Shown here one piece after another: positions 28,682 to 37,668 of a DNA stretch of 64,000 nucleotides. Numbering within the stretch: position 1 is the first letter of the stretch; every line of letters begins with the position of its first letter. The position numbers and the translations under genes are program-made. This DNA is from Planctomycetaceae bacterium (lineage in GTDB: Bacteria > Planctomycetota > Planctomycetia > Pirellulales > UBA1268), in NCBI GenBank assembly GCA_947449135.1, contig CANFQO010000005.1, positions 24,894 through 88,893 of the forward strand, given 5' to 3'. The notes below the pieces were generated by a model. It was given only the letters and a program-made list of their open reading frames with translations, did not search any database and was not told where the DNA came from.

Positions 28682-30540
28682 CTGAGCACCTCGCTCAGCG
28701 GCTGCGGCCGACGCTCAGTCGCTGACACCGCCCGCCGCAGCCCCACGACCATCCAGCCATCGATCACGTTCAGATAGTCCAGCTCAAGAAACGGCTGCAC
28801 GCGTGCGTTGGGGAAACGAGGCATGGGGTGGAGTTCATGACCGAAAAACAGCCCGAGTACGTTCTGCCAGACGGCCCTCTTCCCTATGGGAACCGATTCC
28901 GAAAATGCGAACGGCTCCCGGATCAATCGCGGTCCCCCTGGATCCCTGTCAATGAGGTATCGAATCCGCACGCTGCACGGCCCGCTGTCGGCGGATTTTC
29001 CATCGATTTCGCAGCCGGTCGCCCGGAGGTCCAACTCAATACCACCAGGCAGAAACCGCATCGACATGGGCGACACATCACCAAGGGTGATCGTCGCGGG
29101 AATCCGCCCGGGAGCCAGCGCATCCCAATCGGTGCTCGTGAGCTTGAACTGGACCTCCCAAAGCCCGCGCACGGTAGCCTCGTCCACGCGGCCACCACCA
29201 ATGACGGCGAGGCTGTTCGTCACGGCCGACTCATGAACCCAGGTGATGAGATCAAGGTCGGAACGCCGCTCCGGAGGAATTGGGGGGCGTGCGGAGACTG
29301 CCGCCAACTGATTGTCGCGCGCGTAGAAGGTCTCGCTCCACATGCCCGCTGCGTCATTCCACAGTCGTACACGCGGGATGTAGTCGAGGGCTGCCAGGCG
29401 ATCCCAGGCGGCATATTGCAGCAGACCATTGACGCGGTAGGCCAGCCTGAGCCCCTCTTCACGGACACGTTCGCCGACCGATTTCTCGATCGCATGAGCC
29501 ACGATGCGGTCGTTGACGATCAGCCGGTCTTGTATCGCGTGGCCGGCCACCCTCCTCGCCAGCCCGCATTGCCCGAGCCATCCGTCGAGACAGATCCCTG
29601 ACAGTCGCGTGTGAAAGTCGGCCGTCACCGCTGGGGCATCGGCAACGACGCGTGACGGCAGAATCCTCAGGGGCTGGACGCCGTCGACGCTCGGGGAGGC
29701 CCCGGCCCGCACGTGGATCCTGCGCTGATCGGCCGAGGCAGCGACATGGCCTGCTCCAACCGCGTGGAGGAGCAGCCGGTTCTCGCCGTCGCTCTCGGGT
29801 GCCGTCGCCGACAGCGTGACGCGGATGTCACCACGGCCGGCGATCGTGGCTCCCTGCCGACGCTCCCGGAAGTTCACAGGCTGGTCGAAGTGCTGCCGCG
29901 ATATCGCGGTGACGAATTCACCGCTGAGAAACGACGTGGAATTCGCCGTCGAGAGACGACGCTGGATCGTCTCCACGACGGCTGCCGAAGGCAGCAGATC
30001 CGCCACCTGAGCATAGGCCTGCCGAACTGCAGACTCGCCATCCCGCGACGACCGCAGCCTGTCATCGTGAAGGTGCATCTCGATCGTTATCAGGGCTTTT
30101 TTCGCGGCCTCGACATTACCGCCGGTCAGTCGGACCATGCGAGCCAGCCGGGCAACGCTCACGCGGAGATCGTTCACGGATGCCTGAATCTTGCCAGGAA
30201 GGATGCGAAACAGGGAACGCTCGATGCGGCGCAGTTCGGCCTCATCAGGGCGATCCCGCTGAAGTTCGGCATCCAGCCGATCGAGTGCGAGTTCATCGTC
30301 GAGGATGACACCGATTGCCTGCTTTTCCAGATGAGCTCGCACGGAGATCAGTTGTGCGGCGACCTCATGGCGGGCCGCCGCGATCTCTGCCGGTGAAGAC
30401 AATGTGAGCGGCGACGGTGGCAGAGTGCCGCACGATCCCGTCACAAACTCCTCTTTCGGCGGCGTCCCATGGAGGATCGGGGCCCCGAGTGGCAGGAGCA
30501 ACGCGGCAAATAAAAGAGGGTGTCGAATGAGCGTCATCAC
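28678..30540 (-). CDS. Secreted hypothetical protein (620 aa), first gene of a two-gene operon with the patatin-like lipase
   Basis: GTG at 30540 or ATG at 30537. Signal peptide LLFAALLLPLGAPILHG. A helical N-terminal third is followed by a beta-rich remainder. I recognise no motif. Confidence 0.7.
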   Translation of the reverse strand: MMTLIRHPLLFAALLLPLGAPILHGTPPKEEFVTGSCGTLPPSPLTLSSPAEIAAARHEVAAQLISVRAHLEKQAIGVILDDELALDRLDAELQRDRPDEAELRRIERSLFRILPGKIQASVNDLRVSVARLARMVRLTGGNVEAAKKALITIEMHLHDDRLRSSRDGESAVRQAYAQVADLLPSAAVVETIQRRLSTANSTSFLSGEFVTAISRQHFDQPVNFRERRQGATIAGRGDIRVTLSATAPESDGENRLLLHAVGAGHVAASADQRRIHVRAGASPSVDGVQPLRILPSRVVADAPAVTADFHTRLSGICLDGWLGQCGLARRVAGHAIQDRLIVNDRIVAHAIEKSVGERVREEGLRLAYRVNGLLQYAAWDRLAALDYIPRVRLWNDAAGMWSETFYARDNQLAAVSARPPIPPERRSDLDLITWVHESAVTNSLAVIGGGRVDEATVRGLWEVQFKLTSTDWDALAPGRIPATITLGDVSPMSMRFLPGGIELDLRATGCEIDGKSADSGPCSVRIRYLIDRDPGGPRLIREPFAFSESVPIGKRAVWQNVLGLFFGHELHPMPRFPNARVQPFLELDYLNVIDGWMVVGLRRAVSATERRPQPLSEVLR

Positions 30541-30688
30541 GAGATCACCAGGCAGACTCGCTGGCTTCCTCGTTGCCGCTCGATGCCCTCTACGATATTC
30601 GGAGAAAATTGAAAATCCAGTTCCCTGCTCCTATCGTTTCACGATTCCGTTCCCGAGTGGTAACCAGCGTGCATCACGGGGACTTGCC
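30541..30688. promoter_or_regulatory. Relatively AT-rich divergent intergenic region between the two patatin-containing transcription units
   Basis: Local GC drops, for example in tacgatattcggagaaaattgaaaatccagttccc, which includes TTGAAA. In-frame codons of the long ORF here have low GC3, which argues that the region is non-coding. Confidence 0.3.
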
Positions 30689-33600
30689 GTGGATATCTTT
30701 CGAGTCGTGCTCTGCCTGGGCCTCGGTGTATTTCTCTGGAGGCTGAACGTCCGCGGTCGTGAGCCGATCCGGGACTTTTTCGTCTGGGGCGTCGATTACC
30801 CCTTTCATTTCCTGCTGACAGCGACGCTCGTGCTCGTCATCTGGGGGCAAGTGGGTACCGGCTTCGGACTTCAGGGCTTGTTCCTGAATGAGGACCCGCT
30901 GACACAGGTCCTCCTCGGCGCGACGGTGATGCTGCTGCTTGCGACGATCACGGTCCACTACGTGACGCTCGGCACCTCGCGCCGCGGGTGGTGGACGGCG
31001 CTGCACGGAGTCTCAAGGTTCCTGCGAGGTGTGAACGCGGCAAACAATCGCTCGCGGCCCGTCCAATCAGTGCTCGCCAATGGCTTTCTTGAGCAGTTGA
31101 CACGCGCGGACATCAAGACCATCGACCTCGCGTCGCGACTCTCACTGGCATCCGGTGGGTCAGCCGCAGCGACGGTCCTTCCCGCTGCTGTGAGCGATCA
31201 GTTGGAAAGCGAGGCATTTCGGGTGCTCGTCGCTCCGGCCATCCTTCTCAGCAAGGGATTCGGCCTGATTCTTCTGGTCGGCGTGGTGCCCACGATCGTG
31301 ATCCCGTTGGTGAGCCGCGACCCCGCAGGCTGCCTGGAGCGTCTACCGTGGCTCGTAGGCGTGTGCCTCGGTGACGCGATCGGCATCGTCATCGGCTGCT
31401 GGACGACCTCATGGGCGGCAGAGGCGGCGGAGTGGGGCAACAGGAAGCGGACGATCCTTGCCACTATCCGGGAGTGGGCGAAGACGGTGGAAACAGCCCG
31501 CGGTGTTGGGGACGATTCCAGCAAGGCCGCAGTTGCCGTCCCACCACGGCCAGCGTGGCTCACGCTTTTGACAGCGTTCTTTTTGATTCATGCCGCCTGC
31601 AATCTGCTGCTCCCAGAGCCGGTGACGGCGCGATGGATCGACTGGCCCCAGGGCCGTGTGCCAGCCGGGTTGCTCGGGACTTTCCCGTGGCTCCCGCTGG
31701 TGATCCTGCTCGCCGAGACCGCGGCGGCCAGCCTGCTTGTGGCCGGCCTGCCGGATCTTCCCTGGTTGTTCGGCCCTGATCGCTTTGCCCGGCTGGTCGC
31801 TGAGGGCCGGTCCCTCTCTGCATCCGCCGTCGCGCTCACGCTGCGAGCGCTGAGGGCCCGCTGGGTTCATCGGGCGGCGTGGCTTGCCGCCACGCTGCTC
31901 GCCCTTGCCTCCGTGCTGACGACCATCCTCATGTCGCCCGAAATCACGAGTTCCGTCTGGCTAGGCCTGCGTGGATACGCCTCGCTCGGGGCGATGCTGC
32001 TGTGCTGGATCGTGACATTTTGGCTGGCCACGCATGCGGCCACCGGATACGGCTCTCGAACCCTGCGGGAGCAGTCGGCTGCGATCGGCGGATTATGCGG
32101 GCTGGCAGCCCTTCACATCTTGTCTGCACCGGCGTGGTTTGTCGCGCCACTGGCTGCGACCGCAGCGGTCATCTCCGGATCGCGATCGCTTGCCGCACTG
32201 TGGCAGGGCGACCCGTATGGAACACTGCGTCACACGCTCGCGGTGTGTCTCGCCATCGCGTCCGGTATGACACTGTATCTCGGCTGGGCGACGGGATGGT
32301 TTCCGGAGGCGGCGGCCGCATGGCTGGGGGTGGCGATGCTGTTCCTCGGATCGACGACGCTCGGCGGCGTTGCCACCCGGGAGCCGTCGCTCCTCTATCC
32401 CGCGACGGTGCTGCTTGGCTATTTCGCATTTGCGATTCCGTATTCGGCCCTCGGCGAACGGTGGCAGTCGGCGATGCCTGCGGCAGGATCGATCGCCATC
32501 GCCGTCGCCCTGCTGGCTGCGGTCTACACGATCATCGTATTTACCCGGCCACGCAGCGCACTGCTCACCACCGTGGCACTCGTCGGGACGGCGGTCCTGC
32601 TCAATGGGGCGGCGCTGTTCGTGACGCCAAACGAGTTCAAGGGCACGTTTCCCAACATGGATGCGTATTACCGCCTCCCGGTCTATCTCGATTCGCGGGA
32701 CTACTTCCGTGACACCACGCCATCGACGGCCCGCATGCGCATTCGCGCCGTCACAGAGGACTTTGACCGCATGGAGCGACAGGGCGCCAGCGAGAGGCTG
32801 GCGACGGTCTATTTCACGATGGGTCCGCTCAGCCTCCGGCCCGACGGTAGCCACGCGGTGTCGCTCACCGTCGACGACCCTCGCGGCCGCCTGCGTGCGG
32901 TGACGGGCGACACGGTTCGACTGGCGGCCGAGGAATGGTTCACGATCCGGATTGATGGCGAGGATTGCATCGCACTCGCCGAAGAGTCCTTCTATCGCCG
33001 GATCTTTCCGTGGTTTCGCTATGAAACGCTGCATATGATCCGTGACGGCATCATCCGCGGGCCGACCCGCCCACTGGTGCGGGAGGGCGATCCTGTGCCG
33101 TCGCGGCGGCCAGGCATGCCGCGACTGACCTCCTATCGCTTCCTCATAGGCGACGGCAGCCGCGCTGGTCCGGAAGACAGCGACCTGCTTGGTCTGCGGC
33201 TCGTTGGCTTGGCAGAAGACTACCGCCGTGCGGATGCGGAGTACGCGCTCATTTCCATGAACTGGCGCGGGCTGGTGACGGCGGTCAGGCACGAACCACA
33301 GTGTGACGTGTACACGGTGGAATTCGAGATCCCCGAACGTGGCGGCCGACTCGACGACCAGGAACTGAGCACGATGGCATCGTGGATGGAACGCTGTCAT
33401 CTCGACACGCTGCGGCCTGCAGCGCCGGCGCTGGTGACGGACGGTGAGACACGACAGCGTCTTCAACGGCTCCAGATGGCGAATGCGTCGGCGGGAGGCT
33501 GCCTCGTTCTCGAGGACGCACGCAGCGAGCCACCGGTCCCGGTCGGCGTGTTTCTGGCGAGCGAACTGGCGACAGAGGACAAGCACCCAGCGTTTGCACC

Positions 33601-35689
33601 GTATGCGCCCCGCCGCGACGCGATTGATGCGACGATCGGGGCCGTGCCTGGCCCGGTCAGCGCCGAGAGGACATCATTCTCCGGCGACGCCAGTCGCTTC
33701 ACGCTGCGGCCGGCGCACGACCGCGGCCTGTTCGCCAGCGCCGACGGCGCGGTGGCGCACGCCACGAGCGCACGCGTCGCGGCACAGCACACGGATTCGG
33801 TCACCGTCGCCCTCTACAACTCCGGCCGGCTCCGCCCCGGCGATCGGCTGATTCTCACCTGGAATGGCCAAGACGCATCGGCAAGTGGTCCGAGGCTGCA
33901 GCACGGTGCCGTATTCGAACTGCTTGATGTCGGGAAGAACATGGCGGATGACCCGATCGGCGAATCCGTTGAAGCGTACCCCCCTGGCGCGGTCTGGGCG
34001 ACGCTTCGACCGGTGGACCGACATGCCGTCGCTCAGACTGCCACTCGCGCACTCGGGGTGGATGCGGATCCGTTTCTGGTCGGCCAGTGGCAGACCGTGC
34101 AACTGCTCAACAACACGGAAGTGCTCATGGCCTGGCGGAGTCTGGTAGGCGGCCTCTGGCAGGGACGGAAACCGAAGCTTGTCATCGTTACCGTGAGCGG
34201 CGGTGGCATCCGTGCAAGCATCTGGACGTCGGTCGTACTGCGAAAGCTCGAGGCGACGCTTGGCTCCGATTTCCCCTACCACATCCGCCTGATAACCGGG
34301 GCATCGGGCGGCATGGTCGGGGGCTCGTACTACGCCACAACGCTCGTTCCACCTGCCGAGGACGTGTTGCGCGGCCACCGCGCGAATTTCTCGCAGTTGC
34401 ACGGAATGACGATCGAAGACTTCGTGAACCGAATGGCAACCGACCAGCTGGATGCGGTCGCCGGCCGCATGCTGTTCGCGGACCTCCCCGGCACGCTCAG
34501 CCCGTTCGCGAAAAAGGGAGATCGGGGACGGACGCTCGAACAGACCTGGATCCGCTGGACGGGCGGCCCCGACAGTCCGCTGGGTCGCCCTCTGCAGTCA
34601 TACGCCGCGGACGAACGGCTGGGCTGGCGGCCCACGCTCGCCTACACGCCGATGATGGTCGAGGATGGTCGGCGACTGCTGATCAGCAATCTGGATCTGG
34701 CCTTCGCCACGCGAAACGTCGGCGGCCTGCTCCTCGAACCCTCTTCGCGAAAGATCGAGCGGCCGACGATTCAGGGAGGCGACTTCGACCTTAGTATTCA
34801 TGAAGAGGACGACGTCTTCTCGCTCTCCGCCGTCGAATTCTTCCGGCTTTTCCCCAAGGCCCACGATTTCCAGGTCACCACAGCGGCTCGCATGAGCGCC
34901 TCATTTCCATGGGTGTCGCCCGCGATCAATCTTCCCACGCTCCCGCCCCGCCGCGTCGTCGACGCAGCCTACTACGACAATTATGGCGTCAACCTGTCGT
35001 CGCTCTGGCTCTCCAAGATGAGTGCCTGGCTCGAGGAGAACACGTCGGGAGTTCTTGTCGTGCAGATCCGCGACAACGTCAGTCAGGGCGCACGTACCGA
35101 GATCGACTTCGATCGCATCCAACCCGAGAATTCGTTGCTCGACCGGCTCGTGTGGCACGGCGGCAGCAAGCTGATCCGGCCGGGACTGCAGGCGATCAGC
35201 ACGCCGCTCATTGGGGTGACCAACGCGCGCACCTGGACGATGGCTTTTCGGAATGACGAACAGGTCGACCTCCAGGATCTGCTGTTCGACGAGAAACAGG
35301 GCAGTGATTTCTTCCGTACAGTCGTCTTTGAATGCCCGGTGGAGGTCTCGCTCAACTGGAAGCTATCCGATAGGGAGAAAGCGGTGCTGATCGGCGGCTT
35401 CGGACGGCCTGATGCGACACCCCGACAGGAATTGTCGCGGGTGAAGGACTTCATGACGGGCAGGGACTCGTACGAGTTTCACAAGTGGCGGATCGACCAC
35501 CGCAACTCGCCGTCTTTTTTACGGCAGCTCAAGGAGCGTTATGACGAGCAACTGCGGGCGCTGGGCATCGCCGATACCGCGCGTCTCAGCCCACTGGATA
35601 GCCAGAAGCTGTATGAAAACGTGATTCGGAATCTCAAGCGGCTTGAACTCCTCGCCGACTGGTGGGAGTCGGGCCGCGTCGGCGATTGA
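30689..35689 (+). CDS. Giant polytopic membrane protein with a C-terminal patatin-like phospholipase domain
   Basis: The ORF is open from 30404. I prefer the GTG at 30689 (MDIFRVVLCLGLGVFLW). The ATG at 30527 would overlap the divergent gene. About 15 or more hydrophobic helices fill the first ~800 aa, followed by a soluble middle region. Patatin motifs are VTVSGGGIRASIW (oxyanion), ITGASGGMVG (GxSxG) and VVDAAYYDNYG (Asp). Confidence 0.85.
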   Translation: MDIFRVVLCLGLGVFLWRLNVRGREPIRDFFVWGVDYPFHFLLTATLVLVIWGQVGTGFGLQGLFLNEDPLTQVLLGATVMLLLATITVHYVTLGTSRRGWWTALHGVSRFLRGVNAANNRSRPVQSVLANGFLEQLTRADIKTIDLASRLSLASGGSAAATVLPAAVSDQLESEAFRVLVAPAILLSKGFGLILLVGVVPTIVIPLVSRDPAGCLERLPWLVGVCLGDAIGIVIGCWTTSWAAEAAEWGNRKRTILATIREWAKTVETARGVGDDSSKAAVAVPPRPAWLTLLTAFFLIHAACNLLLPEPVTARWIDWPQGRVPAGLLGTFPWLPLVILLAETAAASLLVAGLPDLPWLFGPDRFARLVAEGRSLSASAVALTLRALRARWVHRAAWLAATLLALASVLTTILMSPEITSSVWLGLRGYASLGAMLLCWIVTFWLATHAATGYGSRTLREQSAAIGGLCGLAALHILSAPAWFVAPLAATAAVISGSRSLAALWQGDPYGTLRHTLAVCLAIASGMTLYLGWATGWFPEAAAAWLGVAMLFLGSTTLGGVATREPSLLYPATVLLGYFAFAIPYSALGERWQSAMPAAGSIAIAVALLAAVYTIIVFTRPRSALLTTVALVGTAVLLNGAALFVTPNEFKGTFPNMDAYYRLPVYLDSRDYFRDTTPSTARMRIRAVTEDFDRMERQGASERLATVYFTMGPLSLRPDGSHAVSLTVDDPRGRLRAVTGDTVRLAAEEWFTIRIDGEDCIALAEESFYRRIFPWFRYETLHMIRDGIIRGPTRPLVREGDPVPSRRPGMPRLTSYRFLIGDGSRAGPEDSDLLGLRLVGLAEDYRRADAEYALISMNWRGLVTAVRHEPQCDVYTVEFEIPERGGRLDDQELSTMASWMERCHLDTLRPAAPALVTDGETRQRLQRLQMANASAGGCLVLEDARSEPPVPVGVFLASELATEDKHPAFAPYAPRRDAIDATIGAVPGPVSAERTSFSGDASRFTLRPAHDRGLFASADGAVAHATSARVAAQHTDSVTVALYNSGRLRPGDRLILTWNGQDASASGPRLQHGAVFELLDVGKNMADDPIGESVEAYPPGAVWATLRPVDRHAVAQTATRALGVDADPFLVGQWQTVQLLNNTEVLMAWRSLVGGLWQGRKPKLVIVTVSGGGIRASIWTSVVLRKLEATLGSDFPYHIRLITGASGGMVGGSYYATTLVPPAEDVLRGHRANFSQLHGMTIEDFVNRMATDQLDAVAGRMLFADLPGTLSPFAKKGDRGRTLEQTWIRWTGGPDSPLGRPLQSYAADERLGWRPTLAYTPMMVEDGRRLLISNLDLAFATRNVGGLLLEPSSRKIERPTIQGGDFDLSIHEEDDVFSLSAVEFFRLFPKAHDFQVTTAARMSASFPWVSPAINLPTLPPRRVVDAAYYDNYGVNLSSLWLSKMSAWLEENTSGVLVVQIRDNVSQGARTEIDFDRIQPENSLLDRLVWHGGSKLIRPGLQAISTPLIGVTNARTWTMAFRNDEQVDLQDLLFDEKQGSDFFRTVVFECPVEVSLNWKLSDREKAVLIGGFGRPDATPRQELSRVKDFMTGRDSYEFHKWRIDHRNSPSFLRQLKERYDEQLRALGIADTARLSPLDSQKLYENVIRNLKRLELLADWWESGRVGD

Positions 35690-35888
35690 ACGCTGCCACC
35701 AACCCATTGCCCCGAATGGGTCCTCTGCCAGGGGGTATGAGGGATCAGGGACGGAGGGGATCGTCGGCGGAGACGCCGGCAGCCTCCCCGTCCGTTCGCC
35801 GGCACACCATGGAGACATCGGTGGCGTCAGGGTTATACTTTCGCCGCCCGGTGCGGATACCGTCACATCCAGCAGAAAGTCACAGCGG

Positions 35889-37610
35889 ATGCCTGAAGAC
35901 ACGGATCGACTTCGAGCGCTATTCGACGCCGTCGCCACCGACGGATTCACGTCGGCCGAGGCGATCCACAACTGCATCTCCGAGTGCGGCCTGAGCATTG
36001 ATGATCACCGTCTTCGGACGATGCGGACAAGACTGCAAGCCCAGCAGCAAAGGCCCATCGATCAGGAGGCTTTCACCGACATCGTCCGCGATGAACTGCT
36101 GACCGTGAGCCGCATTGTTCGCCGTCAACTCGTCGTCCCGGACTGGCCCGAGTTCTGCCAGGCCATCCGCCGCATCTACGACGAGGTCGCCCCGGATCGG
36201 AGCGGAGCGAACGCGAACTACATTCCGATTCTGCGCGACGCCGACCCGGAGAAGTGGGGCGTGGCTCTTTGCAGCGTGGATGGCCAGCGGTTCTGCCTCG
36301 GCGACGTGGATGTCTATCACTCGATTCAGTCTGTCTCAAAGCCGCTGACCTACGCATACGCGCTTTCCAAGGAGGGCGAGGAGTTCACCCATGCTCATGT
36401 GGGCATGGAGCCCTCCGGTCGACCGTTCAACGATCTGTCCCTCCTGCCGGATCTGCGACCTTTCAACCCCTGCGTCAACGCCGGCGCGATCATGATCGCC
36501 GGCATCGTGGCCTCAGGGAGTCCGGATCGATCAGCGAGGGAAGTCACGCAGGACATCATGGACCTGTGGACTGCACTCTGTGGTGGTGTGGGCGAGGTTC
36601 GCTTTAGCGAGGAGACGATGCTCTCCGAACGCGCGACCGCCCACAACAACTTCGCCATCGCCTATCTCCTACAGGGACGCAAAGGGCTTCCACGCAACGT
36701 CGACCTGCACAAGACGCTCGACATCTACCTGTCTTGCTGCAGCATCGAGATGACGGCGTCGATGCTCTCCGTGGCCGCGGCCACTCTGGCCAATGGCGGC
36801 GTGTGTCCCGTCACCGGCGTTCAGGTGCTGCCCACGGAGCTTGTCAAACGGACGCTGGCGGTCATGCAGTTCGCAGGCATGTATGACAACGCGGGCGCGT
36901 TCACGTTCAGTGTGGGCCTTCCCGCAAAGTCTGGCGTCGCCGGTGCCGTGATGGCGGTGGTGCCCAACCTGATGGGATTCGCGACGTTCTCGCCTCGCCT
37001 GGACGCATACGGCAACTCCGTCCGCGGTGTCGCCTTCTGTCGTCAGCTGGTCGACCGCTTCACCTTTCATGTGTACGACAGCCTTTCTGGAGGTCGCACT
37101 GGCTGCAAGCAGGATCCGCGGGAATCGCAGCGGAACCGCAAGCACCGCGACCTCTCCGATCTGCGATGGGCCCTTTCCTATGGCGATCGGTACGCCAGCA
37201 AGGTGCGCGATCTGGCGCTCACCAGCATGATCGACATCTGCCTTGGCGATGGGGATATCGAGGACAGCGAATTAGCCGTCATCGCGAGCACGCTCGAAGA
37301 CATCGTCGGCTCACCGATCGAGGTGTCGGAGCTAGAGTCGCTCGCGCGGAATCGACAGGCGCAGGCCTTGGCTTCCGCCATACCGCCGTTCGAAGGCCTG
37401 GTCGCAAGGCTCGCTCAGGAGCAGGTGCATCTCGATGACAACGCTCGCGAGCTCATTCTCGAATCGGCGTTCCGAGTGGCCTGTGCCGACGGCGAGGTGG
37501 AGCCGCAGGAGCATGAGCGTCTGCTCAAGATCGCCGAAGCTCTGGCCATCCATGCTGGCGTGCTTCAACTGGAGATAGACCGCTTTCAACGCAAATTAGC
37601 AAAGCGTTGA
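35889..37610 (+). CDS. glsA: Glutaminase A with an N-terminal GLS-type EF-hand-like extension and a C-terminal TerB-like domain
   Basis: ATG at 35889. The core reads ANYIPILRDADPEKWGVALCSVDGQRF, QSVSKPLTYAYAL (Ser-x-x-Lys), NPCVNAGAI and GLPAKSGVAGAVMAVVPN. The C-terminus has two ADG/GDG-E helical pairs: ICLGDGDIEDSELAVIAS and RVACADGEVEPQEHERLLKIAEAL. Confidence 0.9.
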   Translation: MPEDTDRLRALFDAVATDGFTSAEAIHNCISECGLSIDDHRLRTMRTRLQAQQQRPIDQEAFTDIVRDELLTVSRIVRRQLVVPDWPEFCQAIRRIYDEVAPDRSGANANYIPILRDADPEKWGVALCSVDGQRFCLGDVDVYHSIQSVSKPLTYAYALSKEGEEFTHAHVGMEPSGRPFNDLSLLPDLRPFNPCVNAGAIMIAGIVASGSPDRSAREVTQDIMDLWTALCGGVGEVRFSEETMLSERATAHNNFAIAYLLQGRKGLPRNVDLHKTLDIYLSCCSIEMTASMLSVAAATLANGGVCPVTGVQVLPTELVKRTLAVMQFAGMYDNAGAFTFSVGLPAKSGVAGAVMAVVPNLMGFATFSPRLDAYGNSVRGVAFCRQLVDRFTFHVYDSLSGGRTGCKQDPRESQRNRKHRDLSDLRWALSYGDRYASKVRDLALTSMIDICLGDGDIEDSELAVIASTLEDIVGSPIEVSELESLARNRQAQALASAIPPFEGLVARLAQEQVHLDDNARELILESAFRVACADGEVEPQEHERLLKIAEALAIHAGVLQLEIDRFQRKLAKR

Positions 37611-37668
37611 ATGGCGGGTGTCACCTTGTCTCGACTGGAATACCCTCACACCCCATAGGCGTCACCAC

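Noticed and set aside
30404-30688. Upstream part of the giant patatin ORF, including the ATG at 30527.
   Set aside because: It overlaps the divergent gene's 5' end. It runs through an AT-richer stretch with low GC3 and precedes the first TM helix. I treat it as promoter or leader, though the true start remains uncertain.
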